Part shown: positions 53,199 through 64,000 of the stretch, piece after piece
Position numbering within the stretch: the first letter of the stretch is position 1
Layout of the letters: each line of letters opens with the position of its first letter
DNA from: Callorhinchus milii
Taxonomy: Eukaryota
Assembly (NCBI RefSeq): GCF_018977255.1
Contig: NW_024704742.1
Span: 94,986,001-95,050,000 of the forward strand
Reading direction: 5' to 3'
Length of the DNA stretch: 64,000 nt
Made by a program: the position numbers and the translations under genes
Notes under the pieces: model-generated
Seen by the model: only the letters and a program-made list of their open reading frames with translations
Told to the model about the DNA's origin: nothing
Databases searched by the model: none

Positions 53199-53807
53199 GC
53201 TGGACTATGGGAACTCTCTCCTCGCCGGCCTTCCCGCCACCTCCCTCCACAAGCTGCAGGTCATTCAGAACTCTGCAGCTCGTGTACTGTCCCGCACCAG
53301 GCTTCGGGACCACATCACTCCCACCCTCGCTCGCCTCCACTGGCTCCCCATCCCCCAGAGGATTGATTTCAAGATCCTCATCCTCACCTACAAGGCCATT
53401 CACGGCCTTGCTCCCTCCTACCTCTCCAACCTACTATCCCCCTACCTACCTGCCCGTACCCTCCGTTCCTCTGGCTCCGGTCTGCTCCACGTCCCCCGCC
53501 CCAACCGCCCTACCATCGGTGGCCGGGCCTTCAGCCTCTCAGCCCCCAGGCTCTGGAACTCCATCCCCCAGTGCCTTCACCGCCTCCTCCCTTTCCTCCT
53601 TCAAGGCCGGTCTCAAAACCTTTCTCTTTGACCGAGCCTTCAGCTCCCCTCTCGACTCTCTTCCCCCTCCTCGCTCCCTCCCTTCCCTCCCCTCACCCTG
53701 ACCATTTCCCCCCTGCTCGGGTCATGACCCAACTGTGCAGCGCCTTGGGACGTCCTCCTGACGTGAAAGGCGCTTTATAAATGGAATCTTGTTGTCTTGT
53801 TGTTGTT
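53199..53807 (+). mobile_element. Young 5'-truncated L2 LINE inserted in the hAT element
   Basis: ORF2 C-terminus (LQVIQNSAAR...LHWLPIPQRI...PRLWNSIP), 3' stem-loop and (TTG)n tail. Confidence 0.9.
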
Positions 53808-53934
53808 GAGGCAGCGAGGAGAGTGACAGGAAGAGGGGCTGACAGGGTGCAGCTGGAGCTGGCTCGACCCTCATCCAACCTGGTGAGACGCAGCGAGCAG
53901 CAGCAGTATTTTGCAATTCTAAAACTACAGAAGT

Positions 53935-54080
53935 ATGAGTCTCAGTAGGAAGCACAAGGTAGATATGGAAAACAGAGGATTTCGGTCTAAGTGGAAAGTG
54001 GATTACTCATTTACTGAAAATAATGGAAAACCTCAGTGCCTTGTTTGCTTGTCATATGTCATCTGTGTTTAAGGAGTTCA
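53935..54080 (+). pseudogene. hAT transposase N-terminal remnant (SPIN/GTF2IRD2-like zinc-finger region)
   Basis: MSLSRKHKVDMENRGFRSKWKVDYSFTENNGKPQCLVCL, then a frameshift to SVFKEF. Resembles the KRKVD.E.R.F...W...Y.F....GKP.CL.C....V.KE.N pattern of SPIN-like transposases. Confidence 0.75.
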
Positions 54081-54665
54081 TAGTTAGTTTTGCAATTATG
54101 GATACATCTGTTTTGGTTTTGTTGTAGGGGACTCCAAATGCTGAGTTTATCTCTTGTGCTTTGACTTTAATACAGGGTGACCAACAAGTTGTGATACCAT
54201 TACAATGTCTAACAAGTCTTAAAGAAATTATGTTTTTTTTAGATAATAGGGTAGATATCATAACTTTTTGGTGATCCTGTACATTAAAAAAATGCATTTA
54301 TTTCCAATTGAGATGATCATTATTAAGTAATACAGTCACACAATTTAAATCATAGGATTTCTGAATGATTCTTTTATATTTCTGGAAGGGAAAAACAAAA
54401 ATATTGCTTATTTGGTCAGCGGACGTTTCTCAAATATGTCATCCTGCCTTCGACACCCGAAAGGTTGGACCACTCTGGCTTCAAACAAAGATTTATTTAC
54501 TTTTGCCTTGAGAAAATCTTGGCTTTGATTACTTTCTATAATAATGCATAAATCATGGATATGTCACCATTGATCTTACCATTGGTACAAACTTGGACTT
54601 CCTTCATGTCTATAGAATTATTACAGAATACTCAGGTTACAGCAACTCTTTTTGTTGAAACTTAG

Positions 54666-54751
54666 GATGACGTTCAAATTGAGGTTGACGGTGATCAGCA
54701 AATGGAAAAACAATTGGATGCAAGAGACAATGAAAGCAGCAGTCCTATAAG
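54666..54751 (+). CDS. SLC28A3: SLC28A3 coding exon (86 nt, acidic N-terminal tail)
   Basis: ttag|GAT...AAG|gtaatc; DDVQIEVDGDQQMEKQLDARDNESSSPI(R). Phase 0 to 2. Length and acidic character fit the human DEEQVTVEQD exon as recalled. Joins in frame to the next exon. Confidence 0.8.
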
Positions 54752-55024
54752 GTAATCATAACAACTATAAATGGAAGACTGATCTTCACATAGCCTGCTT
54801 TTGCACATATTATGGTGTGCTGCTTACTTTGCAATATTTGTAAAAGTGGTGGGAAGCACCTCAGTCAGATCAATTAAATTGGGAGCAGGGTTTTCGAAAG
54901 CTGCCAAAGTATCAAATAAAGCCAGAGAGTCGAACATGCGAACATTCGCTGATGTCATTTAGCTTTCCGTTGTTCTTCAGTGTGTTTTGCTTCTCATCCC
55001 TTTGGCAAATACAGAAAAATAATT

Positions 55025-55105
55025 TGCCAAAAGGTAAAATACTGCAGATGGAAGTCTGAAATAAAACAGAAGTCGCTGGGAACACGCAGCAAGTCAGGCA
55101 ACATC
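55025..55105. repeat. Fragment of a common shark interspersed repeat (possibly Penelope-related); an opposite-orientation relative lies at about 49915-50025
   Basis: aatactgcagatg...ctgaaataaaacagaa...gtcaggcaacatct is approximately the reverse complement of 49965-50025. The family assignment is from recall only. Confidence 0.4.
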
Positions 55106-55848
55106 TATGCTACCATGTGATAATGATAATGTGCCATGTTATTGTGCAAGGTTAGTGATAATGTTGTTATTGGACCCATGAGCATGATTACTGGCTTTCC
55201 TGCCTGTTGTGCACACAGGAAATAGGGCCAGCCATACCTTTCAGCACATTGCACAGAGTGTAGTGTGCAGAAAGTGATGTCAGCAGTGGCTATTTCTTTT
55301 AGGAATGGGGTCAGTTGTGCTTCCTGCATGTTAATCACATATGCAGTAAAAGGGAAGTGATGTCTCATTTTGTGCCCTGATATAATACAATGTATGAACC
55401 CGAAACAATATTATAATGGAGTTCCTTGGCAATTTTGGCACTTAAAAAAACACACAATTGATGCTGACCAGATGACTTGATGGCAAGGAGGGAGTGGATG
55501 TGAAGTGAAAGCTACCGTTTCTTTGAGCACTGGATTTTTTTTGTTTTGTTTTTGTGAACTTTTGAGCTCATCAAAGGTAAGGAATGTTAGCCCTGAAAAA
55601 TGTAAAATATTCCCGTTTTAGGCACTTGTGATCTTGTGATAATCACATAACAATATTTTCTTTTTTTTCTATATTTAAATGGAGTACTTTGAATGGAACG
55701 CGAGCTCTCCGCTTAAACTTTCAATCCCTTCAAGCATAAGCAAAATAGATAAAAGTATCCAGTTAACAACAAGAATAAAAATAGAATTTTAATGTTTTTT
55801 TTTCAAACTCACTTGACTGTTGTTTTCTTGAACATTTAATTTTCACAG

Positions 55849-55940
55849 ACTTGTTGAAAAGAAATATGAACAGATACAAGAACACTATCAAAAGCATAGA
55901 GGACTTATTCATTGTGTGATTCTGGGCATCTTCCTGGCAG
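55849..55940 (+). CDS. SLC28A3: SLC28A3 coding exon (92 nt, start of TM1)
   Basis: ttttcacag|A...GCAG|gt; LVEKKYEQIQEHYQKHRGLIHCVILGIFLA(G), similar to human CLERRYDTVCGFCRKHKTTLRHIIWGILLAG. Phase 2 to 1, in frame with both neighbours. Confidence 0.88.
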
Positions 55941-57324
55941 GTTGTATTTATCATACTGAGTAAGCACATTTAGCAGTAATTAAAATACAGACAGACTTTA
56001 TCTGATGCAAAAAAAAGTGGCCTCTAGCTATTTTATGTTTACGATTTACAACTCAGAATTGGTATTGGCACTCTATATTAGACCTTATTGTCCTGAAAAT
56101 ACCAATTATATTCATGTTAACCAGATGCTATTCATTCTGTATATTCTGATTTAATAAGCATTATGCATTGTAATCTTGATAATGACTTCTTTAAGGTTTT
56201 AATTTGCCAAAAAATACAGTCATTTCACTTTGCAATATATCGTGTGATCGCTTTGCGACATCCTCTCGATGTGAAAGGCCCTATAACAAATATATTGATT
56301 ATTATAGGTTCAGGGATATAATAATCAGATAGCAGAGAAAATTTGTGAATGTATATAAAGTGTCAAGATTATGCAAAAGTTATTTTAAATGAAATTGCTT
56401 AACACTTTATGTTCTACTCCACTGGTCCAGCAAATGTAGACATGAAAATATATGGCAACCTCCCTTAATCCCACCTCCTAACTATAATGCTTTCTACTTG
56501 TACTCCCCAAGTATATATGCATTTGCCTCTTGCATCTAAGTTATTGTGTGTTGGCAGTGAAATCTTGTCTGAATTCATAGGGATTCTTCACATGCACCAG
56601 ACCTGATCGTACACAACTGGTTTGGAATTTTAATAGTATTCACAAATAAATAGTTTATAGAAGTATACTCAGATAGGAATAATCTCATCGAGATTCATTG
56701 CCCAATCTTGGATGAGGCCTATTTTCCATGTTTAATAAAGTGTGTGTTGTAGGAATTAATTGCAAGAAACAGCTTTGAAGCCAGATATGATTAAAAATGA
56801 GTACCTTATTGTGATGGTGCCATGTATTAAGATAAAGACTATATAATTTCTCCTATATTGATTTTGGCCAATATATACACCAATAAACTATTCAACATCA
56901 AAAGTTCAAATTAGACTGTCATCGCTGTTAAGATCGAGCTGAAAAAGTTTACAGTAAACTCCTGATAACAAGATAACTTGTCACTACCACTTAATTCGCC
57001 ATGCTGTCAATATCCTGGTTGCTAAGCATGCAAAATGTTAGTAAGGGATTCCGCTTTACTTGTCACTGTGCTTCACACATAACTAGTTGCATTCCAGAAA
57101 TTCTTGTAAGTACTTACAATGTAATAATTGATTGGATAACTCATCCTCTAAGATGAGTCTTGCATCGCAGAGGCCTCCCATCCTATCCTGTGCCTAATGT
57201 GGGTGCTCGGCGGAGGGTGGGAGTGTATGCTCAGATGCATCACAGTGACCTCTGGTCTGCTGGAAGAAGTCGTGTTGTGTCCTCTTGTACTATCCTGTGA
57301 CAAGATCAAGCAGGAAGCCACGAT

Positions 57325-58570
57325 ACAACAACAACTTGCACTTATGTAGCGCCCTCCACCCAGTGTAGCGTCTCACACCGCAGAGCTTGACTCCAAGCCG
57401 GGGTAGGGGTGACTGTAAGAATGGTCGAAAAGGAAGATTTTTAGGTAGGACTTTAAAAAGGGGAGAGGGGCTGCACAGCAGAGGGATTCAGAGAGAATGT
57501 TCCAGAGTTTCGGGGTATAGTGTCTGAATGCGTGACCTCCAGTGGTGGAGCAGAGGGTACGAGGGACAAGCAAGAGGTCAGTGCCAGTCGAGCAGAGGCG
57601 CCAGATGTTGGATTTGAGAGTGAGGAGGTCGGAGAAGTAGGGAGGTGCCAGGGAGTGAATGGATTTGAACACGAGTGTGGGCATCTTGAAGTTGATCCAT
57701 TCGGTGATGGGGTGCCAGTGGAGCCTGGCCAGAACTGGTGAGATTTGGGTACGGAGTTTGGTCCACATCAGTATGCAGGTTGCAGAATTCTGAATGAGCT
57801 GGATTTTTGAATAGTGGAGCTGGGGTTAGGAGTGCGTTTGAATAATCCAGGCGGGAGGTGACAAACGCATGTGGGGTAAGGTACAGTCGGTGGCGGGCAA
57901 TGTGGCGACAGGTGACAGAAGGTGGTCCTGGTCAGGCAGAGATGTGTGCAAGGAAAGATAGCTGAGGGTCGAACCGGTCGCCTAGAATGCGCACTGGTTC
58001 GGTGAGTCTGAGGGAGAGCCCAGGGAGGTTGAGGAATTCAGATCCGCAGGAGTGAAGAAATTGATGGGAGCCGAAGAGTATGGCTTCTGTCTTGTCCACA
58101 TTCAGCTGCAGGAAGTTTACACCCATCCAGGCCATGATGTCTGCCAGACAAGCTGGTAGAACATCGGTGGACCTGGAGTTGATACTGGAGGAGGCAAAGT
58201 AGATTTGTGTGTCATCCGCATACATGTGGAAGGTAATTTACTCTGTGTCTGCAGATGACATTGCCAAGAGGGAGCATATAGATGAGGAAAAGAATGGGGC
58301 CAAGGATGGAGTTATGGGCGTGAGCGGGAGAAGAAACCATTTGCCGAGATGAAGTGGAGGCGGTTGGTTAAATAGGACTTGAACCATGCAAGTGCAGTTC
58401 CACTAAGGTGGATGAGGGAGGAGAGTTGGTGAAGGAGGATAGTGTGATTGACTGTGTCAAACGCGGCAGAGAGATCCAGGAGGATGAGGAGGCAGAGGGA
58501 GCCCTGGTCACAGACAAAGAGGACGTCCTTTGTGACTTTGACAAGTGCTGTCTCTGTGCTGTGGTACAAC
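57325..58570 (-). mobile_element. Older L2 LINE with RT domain, frameshifted
   Basis: [30 protein letters not shown] and LHWHP occur in successive frames. Confidence 0.9.
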
Positions 58571-58789
58571 CCTCCAATAGAGCAGAGTTCTCTGCAATGC
58601 ATCCAAGCATGCATACCTAACCTCCATCAAGTACCCGCACTAGTCACAGCACCCCCTTGTGGCCTGGGAGGATCTATGTCTAACTCTCCACTCTGAATAA
58701 CTTGTTTCGCTTTGTTTGCAAACTTGTTTGGTTTAGTTACAAACAATTTTCACAGCTATTGACTTTTAAAAATATCACTCAAACAAATA

Positions 58790-59190
58790 ACTATTCAAGA
58801 AGAATCCTTGCCCTGGTAAAGAGCCTTAACAGATCGTAATGAGTTTTTCTATTAAGTACAGTGACTGTCTATTTGTAACTGAACACAGCATCTTATTTTG
58901 CACACAGTAATCTCCCACAAACAACCATGAAGTCAGTGACCAATTTTTTTCATCTGGGGTATTTCGGACAAACTCTTGCCTTTGCGAAAAGCATCAAGGG
59001 ATCTTTAACGACCATCTCAATAAATAGACAGGACCCCAATTACTGTCTCATCCAAAAGTCAGTAGTTCCAACAATGCAGTACTTCACCAGGGCTGCTCTG
59101 GAGTGTCACACTAGATTATGTGAGCTCAAAGTCCCGACGCAAGCATTGAAACGACAACCTTCTGAGTCAGTGGCAAGAGTGCTACCAATT
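58790..59190 (-). mobile_element. Old Deu-domain SINE
   Basis: Reverse complement of head (caaccttctgagtcag) and core (gggatctttaacg...agacaggacc...gtctcatcc). Confidence 0.65.
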
Positions 59191-60379
59191 TAATTCAACA
59201 AGTTAACAAATTCTGGGTCCTCTAAATTTCTACCTAAACAGACTATTTCTAGACCCAGGTGGAATCTGTATTCCAGAGTTCCTTAACAAATTCCTCCAAG
59301 ATAAGATTCCTCGTCTTTTTCCAGTTCCAATTTCAGTCCCACTGATGATAAGTTAACTGCATTTATTACCCTCACTAATGTCCCTTTTCAACTGCGGAGC
59401 TCTGAGTGAGTGGCTCCTCTGTGTCCATTAATACAATACAATTTACGTTTATTAGACTTTCATGTCGGGAGTATGCCTTAAAGCACTTCACACTGTTGGC
59501 TGGCTAGGTGCTCAAGCCGGGGTGGTGGGGGGGATGAAATTTGAAGCAGTTACGGAGGGAAAAGCTGACCAAGGTGCAGTCAAAGAGTTGCAACGGGCAA
59601 TTTCAGGACTGGTACCAGGACGTTTTACTATACCAAGAGGGTGATTATTGATTAGAAGAAATTGGCTGAAGTTGGACACATTTACCCCTTGGCTATTTGT
59701 AGCACATTGATTGAGCAAATTAGATTATGGAAATGCAATAAACATTATTTTGTTAACTAATGTGCCACCAAATTTTTTATCACTATTGACAGATTGAATT
59801 TATTTGTGTCATGGCCTTGTTAATGGACATGAGGGTCAATTATACGAGTTGTGTTTATTATGTTGGTCATATAAACTATATCTGTATGGAGGGAATTCAG
59901 TGTGCCCTAATTATATAATAACCAATGAAAAGGTTTTACAAGACTTCCCCATAAAGGAAGCACTCAACCAGAACTCCACAGTGATAAAAGGACGATATTT
60001 CCAGCAAATCATATACATGTAATGGTGGTTAGTTCCACTAATCCTCGCTCCCAAAGCAATAAGTATAATATTCCAGGAAATACACTTTCAATGTACCTAA
60101 TGCTATTTGTGCAGTTTGAAACAACATATATATATATAGTGCCCATTACTTGTCTCTCTGTTGTCCATTTCGGGAGGAGAGGCTGCTGCAGTTATGTAGA
60201 ATGCTGGTCAGACTTTATTTGGAGTATTTTGTTCTGCAGGGGCTACTCCAATCAGGGGGTTATGGTAGGATGGAGGACACTCAAACACTAGATTAATAGT
60301 TTAGATTAATATCTGAATAAAGGGTCTCAGCTACAATAGGAGGCTAAGCTATATATAATGGAATGTACGGTTGACAAGC

Positions 60380-60960
60380 AACAACAATTTACATTTATGC
60401 ACCACCTTTCACTATGGGAGGACCCCTCAAAGCACTTCACATAGTTGAATGGGCGCCAGACCTGGCAGAGGGGTATGGTGGGTGCAGAAGCTGAGGAGAG
60501 TTGGGATGGGAAAGGGGAAGCTGAGGAGGATGATGGAGTAGAGAAAGGAGACTGAAAGTGCAATTGAAAGACAGATCTTAAGGCAGGTTTTAAAGGTGGG
60601 TCAAGAGGGTACAAGCTGAGGGATTCTGGGACCGAGATCCAGAAAGTAGGGAAATGGCTGAAAGATCCTCCATTGATGGTGAGGTGGGTTGAGTGGGGGA
60701 CATGAAGCAGGCCTCTGTGTCAATCTAACACAGGAAACGACCAAGATTATAGAGTTGATGTAGGTCACAGAGGTAGGTGGGTTGAGGCCATGCAGGGATT
60801 TGAACAAACGAGTACAAGAATCTTGAATTTGTTCCGCTGGGGATTGGGGTGCCAGAGAAGTGAAGTGAGGATGGGGATGACAGGAGCCTAATTCAGGAGA
60901 GAACACAGGCTCCAGAGACCTGGATGGTCTTCAGCTTGTGTAGGGAGGAGCTAGAGACAG
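60380..60960 (-). mobile_element. Degenerate L2 3' end
   Basis: Tail motif and FKSLHGL-like remnant. Confidence 0.65.
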
Positions 60961-61348
60961 TCAATGTTATGGAGGTCAGGAAAAGCTGAGTGATTCATAT
61001 ACACATGTATAAAATACCTCCCCTGTTCTTAGATTCCCATCCTTAAAAAGTGATAAAGCCTGTGGTTTATCTGATGAATCAGATTCGTGAAGTGAAAGCT
61101 TTGACATATTTGGAAAATTTATCCTTATTCTCTTATAAATAACTAATTAAATTTTGTATATTTAATTTCGATTCATGTTGTAATTCTGTTTATAATTTGA
61201 AACATCATTTGCTCTTTCTAAGAAAACAGTAAGAAAATTTCCTAAACTTAGCAAATGGAGCAGAATAGTTCAAAACAAATCAACAAATGCATTATATTTG
61301 GCAAACAGAATGGACTAACCCATCATCCCTCTCAAACACACACATAAT

Positions 61349-61733
61349 GTGGAGTCCAGTAGCTCAGTGGTTAGAGCGCTCGCCTCGCAAGCGAGAGACC
61401 CAGGTTCGATTCCCGGCAGGGCGAAATGTTAAGCAAGTTTCCTTACTCAACACTCCTCTGTTTACCTACCAGTAAGTAGGATCCCAGTTGTTAGTCGATT
61501 GGCAAATTACTTTTCCAGGGGTAATAATTCCTTCCAAAATAATTTTAAAAAATAATAAATTGATGACTAAATTCACGACTGTTTGTGGGACACTGCTGTG
61601 CGCAATTGACTGCTGCGTTTCGCCCCTCAAAATATACAGTCAATTCACTTTGCAGTATATTCTGTGAAGCAATTTGAGACGTCTCGAAGACGTGATAAGG
61701 CGCTATATCAAATGCAAGGATTATTATTATTAT
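61349..61733 (+). mobile_element. tRNA-derived SINE, long form, full length
   Basis: A box TAGCTCAGTGG (61360), B box GGTTCGATTCC (61403), internal segment, body, stem-loop tail and (TTA)n. Confidence 0.93.
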
Positions 61734-62142
61734 AATCTCATTCCTGAAATGCAGACTTGATTCATCCCATTGATACACTGCATTTCTCCAAATTTAACAT
61801 GCTCTGGAAGTTAAATTTCTCTTCCCACTAAGTTCAACAACATGTGCTAAGTGCATGGCATCAAAATCTCTAAATTGAGCCCCAAAAGTAATTTCTTGCT
61901 CATTTTCTTTTCCTTATCATTAATAATCAACTAACATCAGTCCTAATGCCAAATTAATGGTTGAGGGAATCAATATCTGTAAATAGCAATGATAATATTG
62001 TCTTCAAAGGTATCTGTTACAGGCTTCCGTGACAATCGATATGGATAACTTGTGATAGTTATAGATTGAGGTAAATAATTGCAGGTAGAACTTCAAATAT
62101 ATACAAGTCTAAATACATCATTTGTGGGTTTTATTTTTGCAG

Positions 62143-62332
62143 GCTACTTTACAATGGTGATTGCAGCATGCATTTTGAACTTCAACAGGGCCCTACCTCT
62201 CCTTGTGTTAACCTTACTTGGCTTGTTTTTTTACTTCTGGGATACGTTTGTTGCAAAGTTTGAAGACAATATAGTTGAGGCCTTTGTTCCCTGTGACAAT
62301 TTCATCAAGAAGCAATGGTACTGGTTAAAATG
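62143..62332 (+). CDS. SLC28A3: SLC28A3 coding exon (190 nt, TM1-TM2 region)
   Basis: tttttgcag|GC...TG|gtgagt; GYFTMVIAACILNFNRALPLLVLTLLGLFFYFWDTFVAKFEDNIVEAFVPCDNFIKKQWYWLKW, matching CNT3 GYLVMVISACVLNFHRALPLF...WFWLKW. The gene continues beyond the window. Confidence 0.93.
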
Positions 62333-62706
62333 GTGAGTAAAGTGTCCATTTGCTTTGGAGTTATTCTGGGGCAATAATATTGGCTGAGAATTGACATATC
62401 TATCTTTGATTTTATCGTTGATTAAACTACAAATAACTTTAAAATAGTCATTAAGGTGGCACAAAGCAAGACTGTGCAACCCCATAAAATAATGTTGCAT
62501 TGTGAACAAGTATCAAAAAGGTGTATTATTTAGTCATCGGTGCAACAGTGAATATTTTTTGAAGAGGGGAAGATTTGAACTTTGCTGTTCCTCTGTGAGG
62601 TATAATTCTATCTGGTAGCACAGTTAAAAATGGGTGAAACTTGATCAATGACGCCCGGCACATTCAAATAAAAGTCAAAACTGATTTGAAACTTGCATTC
62701 CTGCAG

Positions 62707-63925
62707 AACAACAACAACAACAAAATTACATTTATATAGCGCCTTTCATGTCGGGAGGACGTTCCAAGGCGCTGGACAGACAGAGTTGCAGACCCGAGCT
62801 GAGGGTTGGGGTGGGGGAAGGGAAAGGGCAGGGGCAAAGCAGGGAGTCGAATGCATGGTCGAAGAGGAGGGTCTTAAGATGGGTCTTGAAGGTGGCGAGG
62901 GAGTGGGTGAGACAGAGGGACTTCGGGATGGAGTTCCAGAGGGTGGGTGTAGAGTGGTGGAAGGCCCGCCCGCCGATAGTGGGGTGAGCAAGGCGGGGTA
63001 CATGAAGCAGGTCAAAGCCTTCTGAACGCAGGGAGCGAACATGGTGGTAGGGGGTTAGGAGGTCGGAGAGGTAGGGGGGAGCAAGACCATGGAGGACTTT
63101 GAAGGTAAGGACCAGGATCTTGAACTGTATCCTCTGTGTAATGGGAAGCCAGTGGAGTTGGGCAAGGATAATAATAATAAATAATAATCCTTGCATTTGA
63201 TATAGTGCTTTTCATGTCTTCTAGACATCTCAAAGCACTTCACAGAATATGTAAAGTGAATTGACTGTATATTTGTGGGCGAAACGCGGTAGCCAATTGC
63301 GCACAGCAGTGTCCCACAAACAGTCGTGGATTGCAAATGACCAATTTATTATTGTTTTGTTTTGGAGGGATTATTATTAGGTGTGTGGCGTAAGGAAACT
63401 TGCCCAAGGTTTCGCCCTGCCTGGAACTGAACCCAGGTGGCTTGCTTGCAAGGCAAGTGCTCTAACCACTGAGCTATAGGACTCCACAATGGGGGTCCTA
63501 CAGATTGGGGTGATAGGGTGATAGGGTCGCGGAGCCTAGTGCGGGAGAGGACGCGGGCTGCAGAGTTCTAGATGATCTGCAGCCTGTGGCGCAAGGAGTT
63601 GGGGAGGCCGACAAGCAGTGAATTTGTATCATCGAGCCCCGATGTCATGAGGCGTGTATGAGGGTTTCGGAGGCCTGCGGCGTGAGACAGTGGCGGAGCC
63701 GGGCGAGGTTGCCAAGGTGGGGAAGGCAGAGCGGGTTATGGCGTAGATGTGGGGGTAGAAAGGATAGTTAAGGGTCAAACAAGATCCTAAGGTTCCAGAC
63801 TGGCTCAGCAAGGTGGAGTGTGCAACCATGGGCTGTGATGCAGTCAGTCGGAGGCGCTCACAGGAGCCAATCAAGAGAGCCTCGGACTTGTTGATGATCA
63901 ACTGAAGAAAGTTAGCTCTCATCCA
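62707..63925 (-). mobile_element. L2 LINE interrupted by a full short-form SINE (63167-63487, -)
   Basis: L2 ORF2 is split just before LAQLHWLP, with a complete SINE in between. Confidence 0.9.
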
Positions 63926-64000
63926 TTGGAGTTAATGGATCCTAACTCTATTTAATGTAACTTTCCAACTCAGCACACATTTTGAGGTCTCAGTGTCATA

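Larger units (their letters stand above)
53079..54477 (+). mobile_element. Non-autonomous hAT (Charlie/SPIN-like) DNA transposon
   Basis: 14-bp TIRs: CAGCGTGGACCAAC at 53079 and GTTGGACCACTCTG ending 54477 (12/14 match). 8-bp TSD GCTTAAAA / GCTTCAAA (7/8 match). Contains an internal transposase remnant. Confidence 0.8.

Noticed and set aside
60170..60250. Alternative SLC28A3 TM1 exon (FIWSILFCRG)
   Set aside because: No suitable splice sites; the exon at 55849-55940 fits length, phase and sequence far better.
61060..61110. Hammerhead-like CTGATGA...GAAA
   Set aside because: No consistent stem I or stem II pairing around the core.
61349..61425. tRNA gene
   Set aside because: The A and B boxes belong to a SINE head that continues into the SINE body and tail; the same applies to the other copies.

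Overview
Repeat-rich vertebrate genomic DNA. The repeat families (L2-clade LINEs with (TTG)n tails, tRNA-derived SINEs with (TTA)n tails, Deu-domain SINEs) suggest a cartilaginous fish, possibly a chimaera; the species is an inference. The window spans two divergently transcribed genes. On the minus strand is the first coding exon of NTRK2/TrkB (13040-13248), with a promoter carrying tandem CRE sites near 14030; no further NTRK2 exon was found in 1-13039. On the plus strand are four coding exons of SLC28A3/CNT3 (51587-51661, 54666-54751, 55849-55940, 62143-62332) that splice in frame. The same head-to-head gene pair is known in mammals. Almost all long ORFs in the track are L2 reverse-transcriptase fragments or antisense shadows. 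The most unusual observations are: (1) a hAT/SPIN-like DNA transposon in the first SLC28A3 intron, with TIRs, an 8-bp TSD and a transposase remnant, that carries a copy of the host DNA beside its own insertion site, and this copy forms a stop-free candidate exon; (2) a SINE/LINE shared 3' stem-loop showing compensatory base changes; (3) inverted SINE and L2 pairs flanking SLC28A3 exons; (4) a 19-bp-arm hairpin with TALE-homeodomain motif clusters in the intergenic region. I found no evidence for a wholly new multi-gene system. Repeat boundaries are approximate, and comparisons to human genes are from memory, not from a database search.
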